From IMG/VR virus record IMGVR_UViG_3300034375_011041, positions 1 through 25,434 of that record: a stretch of DNA of 25,434 nt. One strand, given 5' to 3'. A program made the translations under genes and the position numbers. Below are positions 17,777-25,434 of the stretch, in pieces (positions within the stretch are counted from its first letter, which is position 1; the number at the start of each line of letters is the position of its first letter). Below the pieces are notes generated by a model. That model did not search any database. It was not told the DNA's origin and worked only from the letters and a program-made list of their open reading frames with translations. This stretch comes from a virus. Lineage: Duplodnaviria > Caudoviricetes.

Positions 17777-18381
17777 TAAATATTCTAGATAAAAATAAAA
17801 TCAATGAACACAAAAATAGTTTAGTTATTACTTACCCAAGAAAAGTAGAAATTATTTTTGGCACATATTTTTTGCCAGAACTTATTCATCAATTTATAAT
17901 GGAGATAAAAAATAATTTAAATTCAAATATGGAAAATTACACAAACGTAAAAGGTGGAATGACAGATTGGACTTATTTTTTAAATAAACCCTCATTTACC
18001 AAATTCATAACTTATTTAATAAATAATCATCAAACAACTCATCCTGATTTGTTCCAATATTTTTTTTCAAAAAATATAATTAGTGATGCTTGGGGTAATG
18101 AAATAAAAAAAGGTGATTTAGTGTCTTATCACGAGCACCCTTGTTATCATGGAATTTTGTATTTAACCAAAGGTTGTGATTTAATTTTACCAGAACTAAA
18201 TTTAAAAATAACTCCTCAACCTGGAGAATATTATATATTTCCTCCAAACATACTTCATGGTTTTGACGCATCAAAAAATGAAGAAAAAAGATATAGTTTA
18301 ATATTTAATATGGCAAAAAATAGCCCTGCAATATATAATTTAGAAAAAGAAATAAAAAAAATACATGAAAAAAACAGCTAA
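17773..18381 (+). CDS. 2OG-Fe(II) oxygenase 4 (HxH type)
   Basis: WGN, HEH, GILY, PQPGEYYIFP..LHG and RYSLIFN. Confidence 0.8.
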   Translation: MINILDKNKINEHKNSLVITYPRKVEIIFGTYFLPELIHQFIMEIKNNLNSNMENYTNVKGGMTDWTYFLNKPSFTKFITYLINNHQTTHPDLFQYFFSKNIISDAWGNEIKKGDLVSYHEHPCYHGILYLTKGCDLILPELNLKITPQPGEYYIFPPNILHGFDASKNEEKRYSLIFNMAKNSPAIYNLEKEIKKIHEKNS

Positions 18382-18964
18382 CATAGAAAATTTTATTGGA
18401 GTTTACGATAACTACATTTTACCAGAAGAATGTGACAAAGCGATTAAATTGTTTGAAGATCAAAATAAATTTAATAAAACATTAAATAGAATTCAATTTG
18501 AAAATGCATCGGTATTACATAAACACGATAATCAATATTTTGCAACACCGGATAATTTAAACATTTGGTGGAGTGAATTAAAAAGTATGATGGTTAATTA
18601 TGAGTTAGCTTGGATTCATTATGATCAAAATACAGGTGCTTCAGAAACTTACGATCAAGTACCTCTTCATTTTACCACTCTAAAGATACAAAAAACATTA
18701 CCTACTCAAGGATATCATGTTTGGCATGTTGAACATGGAAGAACATACGATACTGCATCGCGTGCTTTTGCTTTTTCAATATATTTAAATGATGTGAAAG
18801 AAGGAGGAGAAACAGAATTTTTACATTTCTCAAAAAGAGTAAAACCTAAAAAAGGTAGAATAGTTATTTGGCCTGCAAGTTTCCCATATGTTCATAGAGG
18901 TAACTCACCACTATCTAATGAAAAATATATTTTAACTTCTTGGATGATGCTTAAAAATGATTAA
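18365..18964 (+). CDS. 2OG-Fe(II) oxygenase 5 (HxE type)
   Basis: GYHVWHVE, IYLNDVKEGGETEF, PKKGRIVIWPA, HRGN and KYILTSW. Confidence 0.9.
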   Translation: MKKTANIENFIGVYDNYILPEECDKAIKLFEDQNKFNKTLNRIQFENASVLHKHDNQYFATPDNLNIWWSELKSMMVNYELAWIHYDQNTGASETYDQVPLHFTTLKIQKTLPTQGYHVWHVEHGRTYDTASRAFAFSIYLNDVKEGGETEFLHFSKRVKPKKGRIVIWPASFPYVHRGNSPLSNEKYILTSWMMLKND

Positions 18965-19463
18965 AATATTAGATAATTTTTTTGAAGAAAATGATTTAAA
19001 ATTTATACAAGATTTTACTTTGAATAAAGCTTTTTATTCACCTTGTTTTCTTGAAGGCACTACAGAAAAAAATCAAGAAAATTTTTATGGTAATAGATGG
19101 TATTTTACATACGAACCAGCGATTGAAAAAATATTTACTAAACAAGTTGAAAAAAAATTTAATATCAAAATTAATAAAATACAACATAGTTCAGGAATAG
19201 ATCAAAGAAATTTAAATCGTTTTATTCCACACGATGATGTAGGACTTTCTAAATTAAATGCTCTTATAATGATTAGTGGGCCTACTGCAGTAACTAATGG
19301 AACTGTTTTTTATACTAAAGGTGAATTGGATATTCACGTAGGTTTTAGAGAAAACAGAGCTGTTTTATTTCCGTCTAATTGGATGCACTCTCCTCAAAAA
19401 AGTGAAATTGTAAATCTTAAAAGATTTACGGCAACTTTGTTTATAGAAGATTATGAAGAATAA
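18957..19463 (+). CDS. 2OG-Fe(II) oxygenase 6
   Basis: ILDNFF, PHDD (HxD), NGTVFY, ENRAVLF, HSP and RFT. Confidence 0.8.
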   Translation: MIKILDNFFEENDLKFIQDFTLNKAFYSPCFLEGTTEKNQENFYGNRWYFTYEPAIEKIFTKQVEKKFNIKINKIQHSSGIDQRNLNRFIPHDDVGLSKLNALIMISGPTAVTNGTVFYTKGELDIHVGFRENRAVLFPSNWMHSPQKSEIVNLKRFTATLFIEDYEE

Positions 19464-19837
19464 GAAGTTGGTCTAGCCCCAAGTCTAGAAATCTTTTCTG
19501 CTTCTGTTTCAGCAGGAGTACCATCATCATTAACAAGGTTATCGTTGTCCCAATCAGATTGTAACTTTGCTAAATGAGCTGAATCCCATCTTGTAATAAA
19601 ATCATTAATATCACCTAATACAGAGGAATCATAAGCAGAGTGAGGAGTGCCATCTCTATATTCTACTTCATCAGAAGTATTTGAAGTACCATATTGAATA
19701 GCCCAAATGTTTGAAAATTTAGATTGATTCCAAAAAACATCATCGTTAATAATATAACCAGTTTTTGCAGCATCTCCTGTCTGCTTAATAACTGTTTGGT
19801 CCTCAAATACTACTGTCCATGTTGCGTTCGTTGCCAT
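19451..19837 (-). CDS. Probable tail fibre-associated / assembly protein
   Basis: 128 aa acidic protein with AGGAG RBS, directly after the collar protein. Function inferred from position. Confidence 0.5.
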   Translation of the reverse strand: MATNATWTVVFEDQTVIKQTGDAAKTGYIINDDVFWNQSKFSNIWAIQYGTSNTSDEVEYRDGTPHSAYDSSVLGDINDFITRWDSAHLAKLQSDWDNDNLVNDDGTPAETEAEKISRLGARPTSYSS

Positions 19838-19844
19838 TTTTCTC

Positions 19845-20432
19845 CTAAGTTTTAATAATATAAATTAATGCTAAATAAGGTTGAACAACGGAAGTTGCAT
19901 CACCACTAAAGTTTGCACTCATATTGTGAGAGTGACCACCACCACTTCCTGCATTACCTGAGGTAGCAGATATAGGTTGTCCATTACCAAATTGAGGTCT
20001 GGAAATTTGTTGTACTGTAAAAGGTTCTCCACCTGTCATACCAGCGTTTAAAGCGACAGAGTGACTATGAGAAGAAAGTTGCGGTGTCGATAAAGTAGCA
20101 TTTGCTGTTGAACCAGCAACATTTCCTGTTGAGGTTACAGTATTTGCTCCACCTGTAGATGCTAAAGCTTTGTTATTAGATTTTCCAACTGGTACGTTAT
20201 CTGCTAAATCAGGAACGTTAAAAGTGGTTGAACCATTACCTGCGCCGTAAGTAGTACCTACAATTGCAAATAATGCAGAATAAGTTGTTCTTGAAACTGC
20301 TGCACCATTACATTCTAAGAATCCAGATGGTACTGATGAATCTGTCCATGGAACAATAGTTGCTGTAGGAATACCACCTTCTAGTAGTTCTCCCCCATTA
20401 ATAATTTCTGTTCCGTCTGAAAATAGTCCCAT
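19845..20432 (-). CDS. Phage tail-collar domain protein (short fibre / receptor-binding tip)
   Basis: Collar signature PSGFLECNGAAVSRTTYSALFAIVGTTYGAGNGSTTFNVPDL, two HSH motifs and C-terminal QPYLALIYIIKT. Confidence 0.88.
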   Translation of the reverse strand: MGLFSDGTEIINGGELLEGGIPTATIVPWTDSSVPSGFLECNGAAVSRTTYSALFAIVGTTYGAGNGSTTFNVPDLADNVPVGKSNNKALASTGGANTVTSTGNVAGSTANATLSTPQLSSHSHSVALNAGMTGGEPFTVQQISRPQFGNGQPISATSGNAGSGGGHSHNMSANFSGDATSVVQPYLALIYIIKT

Positions 20433-21136
20433 TATGAATCTCCTTTTATCTTAGATAAATTAATTTTAAATTTTTCTCCAGATATATTATTAATCATAAA
20501 TATATCACTTTCACCTTCTTGTAAAGTCCAATTTCCTTTAGTTCCATCAACTATATTACCTTTTTCTTTAAATTTATTAGAAAGATGTAAGTCTCCTGTA
20601 TATATGTTTCTCCATACATTACTTACAGCTCCTAGATCATAAGTATCATTTGCACCAGGTACAATGTTTCCTGTAGCAGTTATGCTCCCTGAAGTAACGT
20701 CGCCAGCAGTAATATCTCCTAAGTCTGCTGTAATATCTACAACATTAGTTCCATCTGAATATAAAATTTTATACCCTTTGTCTGTGGTAGACCAAGTAGC
20801 TCCTGTCCCACTAGTTGTTTTAAAGGTTACGGTAAAGGCACCTGTTGTTGCATTTTCAACTAAATAAGTTTTTTCTATAGAGTCTGGAATTGTAACATTA
20901 ACAGCAGTTGTAATAGTTCCTGTTAATCTTAAAACTTGATTTTTACCATTTGATAAAACACCATTTGAAAAAGTCAAGGTTGCACCAGTGGTTGCATTTA
21001 AACCTACTGCATCATATCCACCAATAGCTTGCTCTAAAATAAGTAAATTAGTATTAGTAATTTGACCCCAAGTCCCTGAATTTTCTCCAGTAGCTTGTAC
21101 AGTTAATTTTAAACTTGTTGATGTAGTATTTGCCAT
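20432..21136 (-). CDS. Tail fibre/adaptor protein
   Basis: 234 aa, Thr/Gly-rich, with GENSGTWG..TN.NL at the N-terminus. The C-terminal domain is paralogous to that of the 622 aa fibre. Confidence 0.7.
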   Translation of the reverse strand: MANTTSTSLKLTVQATGENSGTWGQITNTNLLILEQAIGGYDAVGLNATTGATLTFSNGVLSNGKNQVLRLTGTITTAVNVTIPDSIEKTYLVENATTGAFTVTFKTTSGTGATWSTTDKGYKILYSDGTNVVDITADLGDITAGDVTSGSITATGNIVPGANDTYDLGAVSNVWRNIYTGDLHLSNKFKEKGNIVDGTKGNWTLQEGESDIFMINNISGEKFKINLSKIKGDS

Positions 21137-21158
21137 TTTTTAAATTCCTAAATATACA

Positions 21159-21187
21159 ATTATAATTATATTATCACCATAAATCAA
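21159..21187 (-). promoter_or_regulatory. Putative sigma70 promoter for the 234 aa fibre, collar and 128 aa genes
   Basis: TTGATT (21187-21182)-N17-TATAAT (21164-21159), then AGGA and the ATG at 21136. Confidence 0.6.
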
Positions 21188-22176
21188 GCTACTTCTTTCC
21201 AACCTGGAGGATCTATAGGTGCATTACCTGTAGGTACTGGGTTCCATATAACAGGACCTACAACACTTCCTTCAGCCATTGTCATTTCAATTCCTGTTAA
21301 TATAGCTAATGAATCTGGTGCTGTTGCAGTTCCCTCCTGCATGGTTAAATCAAAACCAATTAAATCTACTAAAGTGTTAGCGTCTAAAACAGCTGTACCA
21401 AGAGCAGCTGTCATAGGTAAAGCTGTTGCAGTAGTGTTAGCATCTCCAGTAACTGTTGCAGCATTTTCCTGCATTGTTAGTGGGAAACCTGTGATTGAAA
21501 CATCTACATCAGCGAAAGCAATAACACTTCCTAAGTTTATATTAAATCCTATACCTGTTACATCTTCTGTTGTAACATCAGTAAAACCTTGAGCAGTTCC
21601 TAAAACTAATGGTGTTGAAAATCCTGTAATTGAAACATTTGCATCTCCAACAACTCCTGGAGTATTTTCCTGCATTGTTAATGGGAAACCTGTTAAATTA
21701 ACAAGAGCATCTGCTGTAATTTCCGTAACATTACCTAAAGACATAGGTAAAGGGAATGTTCCAACAATACCACCTGTTGTAGCTTCTATTCCAACATTAA
21801 CAAGGAATGTAGCTGGACTTAATGTTGCAAAAGGTGCTTCGCCAAAAGCTGTTAAAGTATCCTGTGTAGAACTAGCTAGGTTAAAATTTAAATCAAAGCC
21901 TGTTACGTCAACTTGTTGTCCTATTGATGCTTCTGTGGTGCTTCCTAAACTAGATGTTAAAGCTTGACCAGTTGGTGAAACTAACACAAATGAAGAACCA
22001 AGCACAGTTCCTTCTGCTGCAGTTAAAGCTTGACCTGTTACAGAAACATCTACATCTATATTAATGATACCTGAATTTTCTTGAGCTGTTAATTGAATAC
22101 CTAAAGGATATACAATTACACTAGAATCTTCTGCACTGAAGGGTGCCTCTGAATATGCGGTAACTCCTAGGGCCAT
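21184..22176 (-). CDS. Repeat-rich acidic virion fibre/structural protein
   Basis: 330 aa with repeated (A)D-x-x-V-x-x-TG(F/Q)-x-LT units about 22-24 aa apart. Basic residues are almost absent. Confidence 0.65.
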   Translation of the reverse strand: MALGVTAYSEAPFSAEDSSVIVYPLGIQLTAQENSGIINIDVDVSVTGQALTAAEGTVLGSSFVLVSPTGQALTSSLGSTTEASIGQQVDVTGFDLNFNLASSTQDTLTAFGEAPFATLSPATFLVNVGIEATTGGIVGTFPLPMSLGNVTEITADALVNLTGFPLTMQENTPGVVGDANVSITGFSTPLVLGTAQGFTDVTTEDVTGIGFNINLGSVIAFADVDVSITGFPLTMQENAATVTGDANTTATALPMTAALGTAVLDANTLVDLIGFDLTMQEGTATAPDSLAILTGIEMTMAEGSVVGPVIWNPVPTGNAPIDPPGWKEVA

Positions 22177-22179
22177 GAA

Positions 22180-22392
22180 TTAGGCTCCTGTTTTTTGTTC
22201 TTCTTTTTCTTCTTTAGGTAATTCTGGTTTTAATAAATCAGAATAATGTTTTTGTAGAACTTCTAAATCATTAAATTCTAAAGTTAAATTTTGTTTTTTA
22301 GCAACAATATTTTGAAGCTTTGATAAATACATTTTACCTTGATCAGATAATTTTTCACTATCGTATTGTTTTGTGTCAAAATTAAAAATCAT
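22180..22392 (-). CDS. Small coiled-coil protein, possible fibre chaperone
   Basis: 70 aa, coupled by TAATG to the long fibre gene. Confidence 0.6.
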   Translation of the reverse strand: MIFNFDTKQYDSEKLSDQGKMYLSKLQNIVAKKQNLTLEFNDLEVLQKHYSDLLKPELPKEEKEEQKTGA

Positions 22393-24260
22393 TAAATTTC
22401 CTCTAACTTAAATTTATATTTTTTACCTGATTTATTATTTAAAATATATAAATGTTCAGCACCCTCTTGGATTGTCCAATTACCTTTTGTACCATCAATA
22501 GCATTACCTTCATCTTTTGCTTCGTTAGATAAATGTAAGTCACCAGTGTATATGTTTCTCCAAACATTTCCTACAGCTCCTAAGTCATAAGTATCATTTG
22601 TTCCTGGAGTAATATGCCCTGCAACAGAAGCGGCACCAGTTACAGTTAAGGTAGAACCATCAAATGTTAAATTCGCTTCAGCGTTCATTGCATCTGTACC
22701 TGTTGCAGTTACAATTCTATTGTTAGAACCATTTGACATAAAGTCTGATACATCAACTGAAACTGCATCCGCTGCAACATCAATACCTGTCCCAGCTCCA
22801 ACGTTTAAGGTAACAGAACCTGAAGCTCCACCACCTGTTAAACCAGATCCTGCTGTAACGCCTGTAATGTCACCAACGTTTGTTGTGTAGCCAGCGTCAT
22901 TATTAAAACCTGAGTTGTTAATATTACCTTTAGTTAATTTTTTTTGATTATTAGAAGAATCAACTACAACAAAAAAATCTCCATCTCCATTTGAAGTAGA
23001 GGTTGTAAGTTCTGATAAATCTACATCGATAGCGTCTGCTGTGACATCAATAAGAGCACCTGCACCAACGTTTAATGTAACATCACCTGTAGTTCCGCCA
23101 CCTGTTAAACCAGAACCTGCTGTAACACCTGTAATATCTGCAGTAATAGTCTTATAGGTTTGATCCCCTGCTAAAAAAGTTGTAGAAGAAGCTGTTCCTG
23201 TACCTAGTCTTGCGGTTGGAACTAAATTAGTCGCTAAATTAGCTGCATCTAAATTTGTTAAAGCACTTCCATTTAAAGCTGGTAAAGTCGCTGGAAACCT
23301 TGCGTCAGGAACAGTTCCTGAACTTAAATTAGAAGCATTTAAAGCAGATCCATCAATGAATCCACTGTCATTATTAAAACCTGAAATAGCAATATTGCCT
23401 TTTGTAAGTTTTTTCTGTGCGTTTGCTGCATCAACTACAGCAAAGAAATCTCCATCAGCGTCTGATGTAGATGTAGTTAATTCTGAAAGATCAACATCTA
23501 TTTGATCTGCTTGAACATCAATTAAGTTTCCAGCTCCAACGTTTAATGTAACGTCTCCTGAAGATCCGCCACCTGTTAAACCATCCCCAGCTGTGACTGC
23601 TGTAATGTCTGCAGTAATAGTTTTGTAAGTTTGATCACCTGCTAAAAAAGTTGTAGATGAAGCTGTACCAGTTCCTAGTCTTGCGGTTGGAACTAAACCT
23701 GTTGCTATATTTGTAGCAACTAAATCTGTTAAATTACTTCCATTAGCAGCTGGAAGTGTTGATGGGAATCTTGCGTCAGGTACTGTACCTGAAGTTAATT
23801 GTGTTGCATTCAATGCTGTTAGTGCGGATCCATTTAAAGCTGGAAGTGTTGCTGGAAATCTTGCATCAGGAACAGTTCCTGAAGTTAGATTACTTGCATT
23901 TAAATCTGTTAAGTTACTTCCATTGTTTGCAACAATGTTTCCACTTGCATCTAGTATTACTGATTTTGATGCCGGTAAAGTACAGAAAACATTTTTTGTG
24001 CCCGCTGCAAAATCTACTGCACTATCAGAATTTGATGATGATATAACAGTAGTCCTAGTTAAAGTACCTGCTCCTACTGTTCCTAATCCAACTTCAAATT
24101 CTGCATTAACGGTGTTTACAATTGCGTAATACGTTGTGTTCGTATTTCCAATTGCACTAGAAAAAGTTTCAAACCCTGTTACTGCTCCTGCAAGAGTAAG
24201 AACGCCCGTACCAGTAGTGGTAGAGGTTTCTTTAACTCTATCGTTTACGACTAACGCCAT
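22392..24260 (-). CDS. Long tail fibre protein with internal duplications
   Basis: 622 aa, G/T/S/A-rich. N-terminal DRVKETSTTTGTG attachment-type motif and repeated SGTVPDARF and VTAGxGLTGGG motifs. Confidence 0.8.
   Translation of the reverse strand: MALVVNDRVKETSTTTGTGVLTLAGAVTGFETFSSAIGNTNTTYYAIVNTVNAEFEVGLGTVGAGTLTRTTVISSSNSDSAVDFAAGTKNVFCTLPASKSVILDASGNIVANNGSNLTDLNASNLTSGTVPDARFPATLPALNGSALTALNATQLTSGTVPDARFPSTLPAANGSNLTDLVATNIATGLVPTARLGTGTASSTTFLAGDQTYKTITADITAVTAGDGLTGGGSSGDVTLNVGAGNLIDVQADQIDVDLSELTTSTSDADGDFFAVVDAANAQKKLTKGNIAISGFNNDSGFIDGSALNASNLSSGTVPDARFPATLPALNGSALTNLDAANLATNLVPTARLGTGTASSTTFLAGDQTYKTITADITGVTAGSGLTGGGTTGDVTLNVGAGALIDVTADAIDVDLSELTTSTSNGDGDFFVVVDSSNNQKKLTKGNINNSGFNNDAGYTTNVGDITGVTAGSGLTGGGASGSVTLNVGAGTGIDVAADAVSVDVSDFMSNGSNNRIVTATGTDAMNAEANLTFDGSTLTVTGAASVAGHITPGTNDTYDLGAVGNVWRNIYTGDLHLSNEAKDEGNAIDGTKGNWTIQEGAEHLYILNNKSGKKYKFKLEEI
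22872..23813 (-). repeat. 471-nt (157 aa) tandem duplication in the fibre gene
   Basis: CTAGTCTTGCGGTTGGAACTAA occurs at 23204 and 23675. The protein blocks align throughout. An extra 90-nt unit lies at about 23814-23903. Confidence 0.9.
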
Positions 24261-24270
24261 TTAATTCTCC

Positions 24271-24711
24271 TTAACCAGATATTCTTAATATAGCTGCTGC
24301 TGTAGTAAATGCCGGAAACTGTATTGTGAAAGTTCCTGATGTAGCTGTTTTATCTGCTCCAAAATCTAAAATTGCAACTGCTGCATTAGTAACTGCAGAA
24401 GATGTATTGTAGATCATTGCACCTCTAGCTGTCAACGTTACACCTGTAAATGATAAATCTGCAAAGTCTACAATTGCAACACCTGATGCAATTGAAGTAT
24501 TTTGACCTGCTAATGGATCACCACCCGATGCGTAAGTACCTGTGTTCGCAACTTCGTTTGTAGTTGTGAATGAAGTAGTTGCTGAGTTTAGAGTTGCTGA
24601 AGAAGTATAAAGCGCTAATTTAAAAACATCACCACCAGATGAAGAAAAGTTTTGATCTCCTTCTAATAATTGTTTCTTAAAAGCATTTGCGATTGCTTGT
24701 GTTATAGCCAT
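24271..24711 (-). CDS. Virion structural protein (tail/head accessory)
   Basis: 146 aa with AGGAG RBS and FKLALYT...TNEV..GTY..GG motifs. Lies between the adaptor and fibre genes. Confidence 0.65.
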   Translation of the reverse strand: MAITQAIANAFKKQLLEGDQNFSSSGGDVFKLALYTSSATLNSATTSFTTTNEVANTGTYASGGDPLAGQNTSIASGVAIVDFADLSFTGVTLTARGAMIYNTSSAVTNAAVAILDFGADKTATSGTFTIQFPAFTTAAAILRISG

Positions 24712-24726
24712 AGTATATCTCCTATT

Positions 24727-25377
24727 TTATTTTCCGATTCGAGGAACACCTGATTGATATTCATCTCTTCTTCTTCTTCCCATTTGTTCAATTGAGAAGC
24801 CTTCAACTACTTGTTTATACTTTTGTTCGTATAATTGCAAGAGGTCTTGTGGCCCTTTTAAAAAACCGTAAGCCTCGACTAGGCATGCATACAAAAGCCC
24901 ATTGGGAAAATTTTGACTTATATATGTTGTAGTATTTGTACTAGATAATCCAGGATCTTTCAAGATATAATTTAATTGAATTTCATAAGTAGCATCAGGA
25001 GTAGGGGCTACTACAATGTTTTGTTCATCCCATAAACTGTAATATTTTGGAACACCAGTTCCTCCCGTAGGATTAAATTCAGACATAAAACTAGTATCTC
25101 TATATTGTAAAAATTCTCTATTATCAGGTTCAGAACTTCCATCAGAATCAACAATTTGAGCAGATCTAACAATTAATAAACCAGCTGGTCTTGAAATAAA
25201 TCTATCAGAAGTAATTAAATTAGCTGTAGCATATCTTCTGTTATTATCAGAATCAATATCTCTAAATATTCTAAACTCAGCATTTTCAATAATACCATCT
25301 AAGATAGTGGATGTAAGAACATTTGCATCTACTTCGGTATAGTCTCTAATCTTTTGTAATAATTCTGTGTATGTCAT
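24727..25377 (-). CDS. Head-tail adaptor / tail tubular protein A-like
   Basis: 216 aa. MTYTELLQKIRDY start, G.PKYY, APTPD..Y and LLYACL.EA motifs typical of podoviral adaptors. Confidence 0.7.
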   Translation of the reverse strand: MTYTELLQKIRDYTEVDANVLTSTILDGIIENAEFRIFRDIDSDNNRRYATANLITSDRFISRPAGLLIVRSAQIVDSDGSSEPDNREFLQYRDTSFMSEFNPTGGTGVPKYYSLWDEQNIVVAPTPDATYEIQLNYILKDPGLSSTNTTTYISQNFPNGLLYACLVEAYGFLKGPQDLLQLYEQKYKQVVEGFSIEQMGRRRRDEYQSGVPRIGK

Positions 25378-25379
25378 AA

Positions 25380-25434
25380 TTATAAATTTGTACTTGTGAA
25401 GTTATTATTAACAGGACCTGCGAGACAATTCAAG
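25380..25434 (-). CDS. 3' end of an upstream gene (partial)
   Basis: Open frame ...LNCLAGPVNNNFTSTNL* ending 2 nt before the adaptor ATG. Confidence 0.45.
   Translation of the reverse strand, partial: LNCLAGPVNNNFTSTNL

Noticed and set aside
10624-19463. TET/JBP plus glycosyltransferase DNA hypermodification system
   Set aside because: The oxygenases look like P4H-type or other small families, no DNA methyltransferase is in the window, and the genes sit among virion genes. Not fully excluded without nucleoside analysis.
20432-22607. Paired fibre C-termini as the template and variable repeats of a diversity-generating retroelement
   Set aside because: Differences are mostly synonymous and include C/T changes, not adenine-specific ones. 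Both copies are coding and there is no reverse transcriptase in the window.
420-24129. Short opposite-strand ORFs in the track (e.g. 420-614, 2939-3142, 3748-3975, 7300-7599, 10272-10574, 18080-18274, 21341-21592, 23756-24046)
   Set aside because: They lie within or almost wholly within well-supported genes on the other strand, many use non-ATG starts, and they read as antisense shadows.

Overview
This is an AT-rich fragment of a tailed dsDNA phage genome with podovirus-like organisation. Composition and gene style resemble marine pelagiphage/uvMED-type phages, but that assignment is inferred, not confirmed. The left end (1-3385) is a replication module: the start of a probable primase-type gene, a probable SSB, two conserved small proteins and a divergent SNF2-family helicase. 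The rest is a minus-strand virion block: head-tail adaptor, repeat-rich tail fibres, a tail-collar tip protein, a nozzle/tail tube protein, small structural proteins, two glycosyltransferases, four probable ejection proteins and a holin-like gene. A 3.3 kb antisense array of six diverse 2OG-Fe(II) oxygenases sits inside the tail operon. Main leads: (1) the oxygenase array plus the GT pair as a possible virion-modification system; (2) an identical TINLRAD motif, with synonymously diverged codons, in two adjacent replication proteins, each preceded by an 8-nt tandem repeat; (3) a strict 11-residue repeat rod and an amphipathic membrane-active segment in the ejection proteins; (4) a C-terminal module shared by two fibres. 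No tRNA, rRNA, CRISPR array, integrase or transposase was seen.
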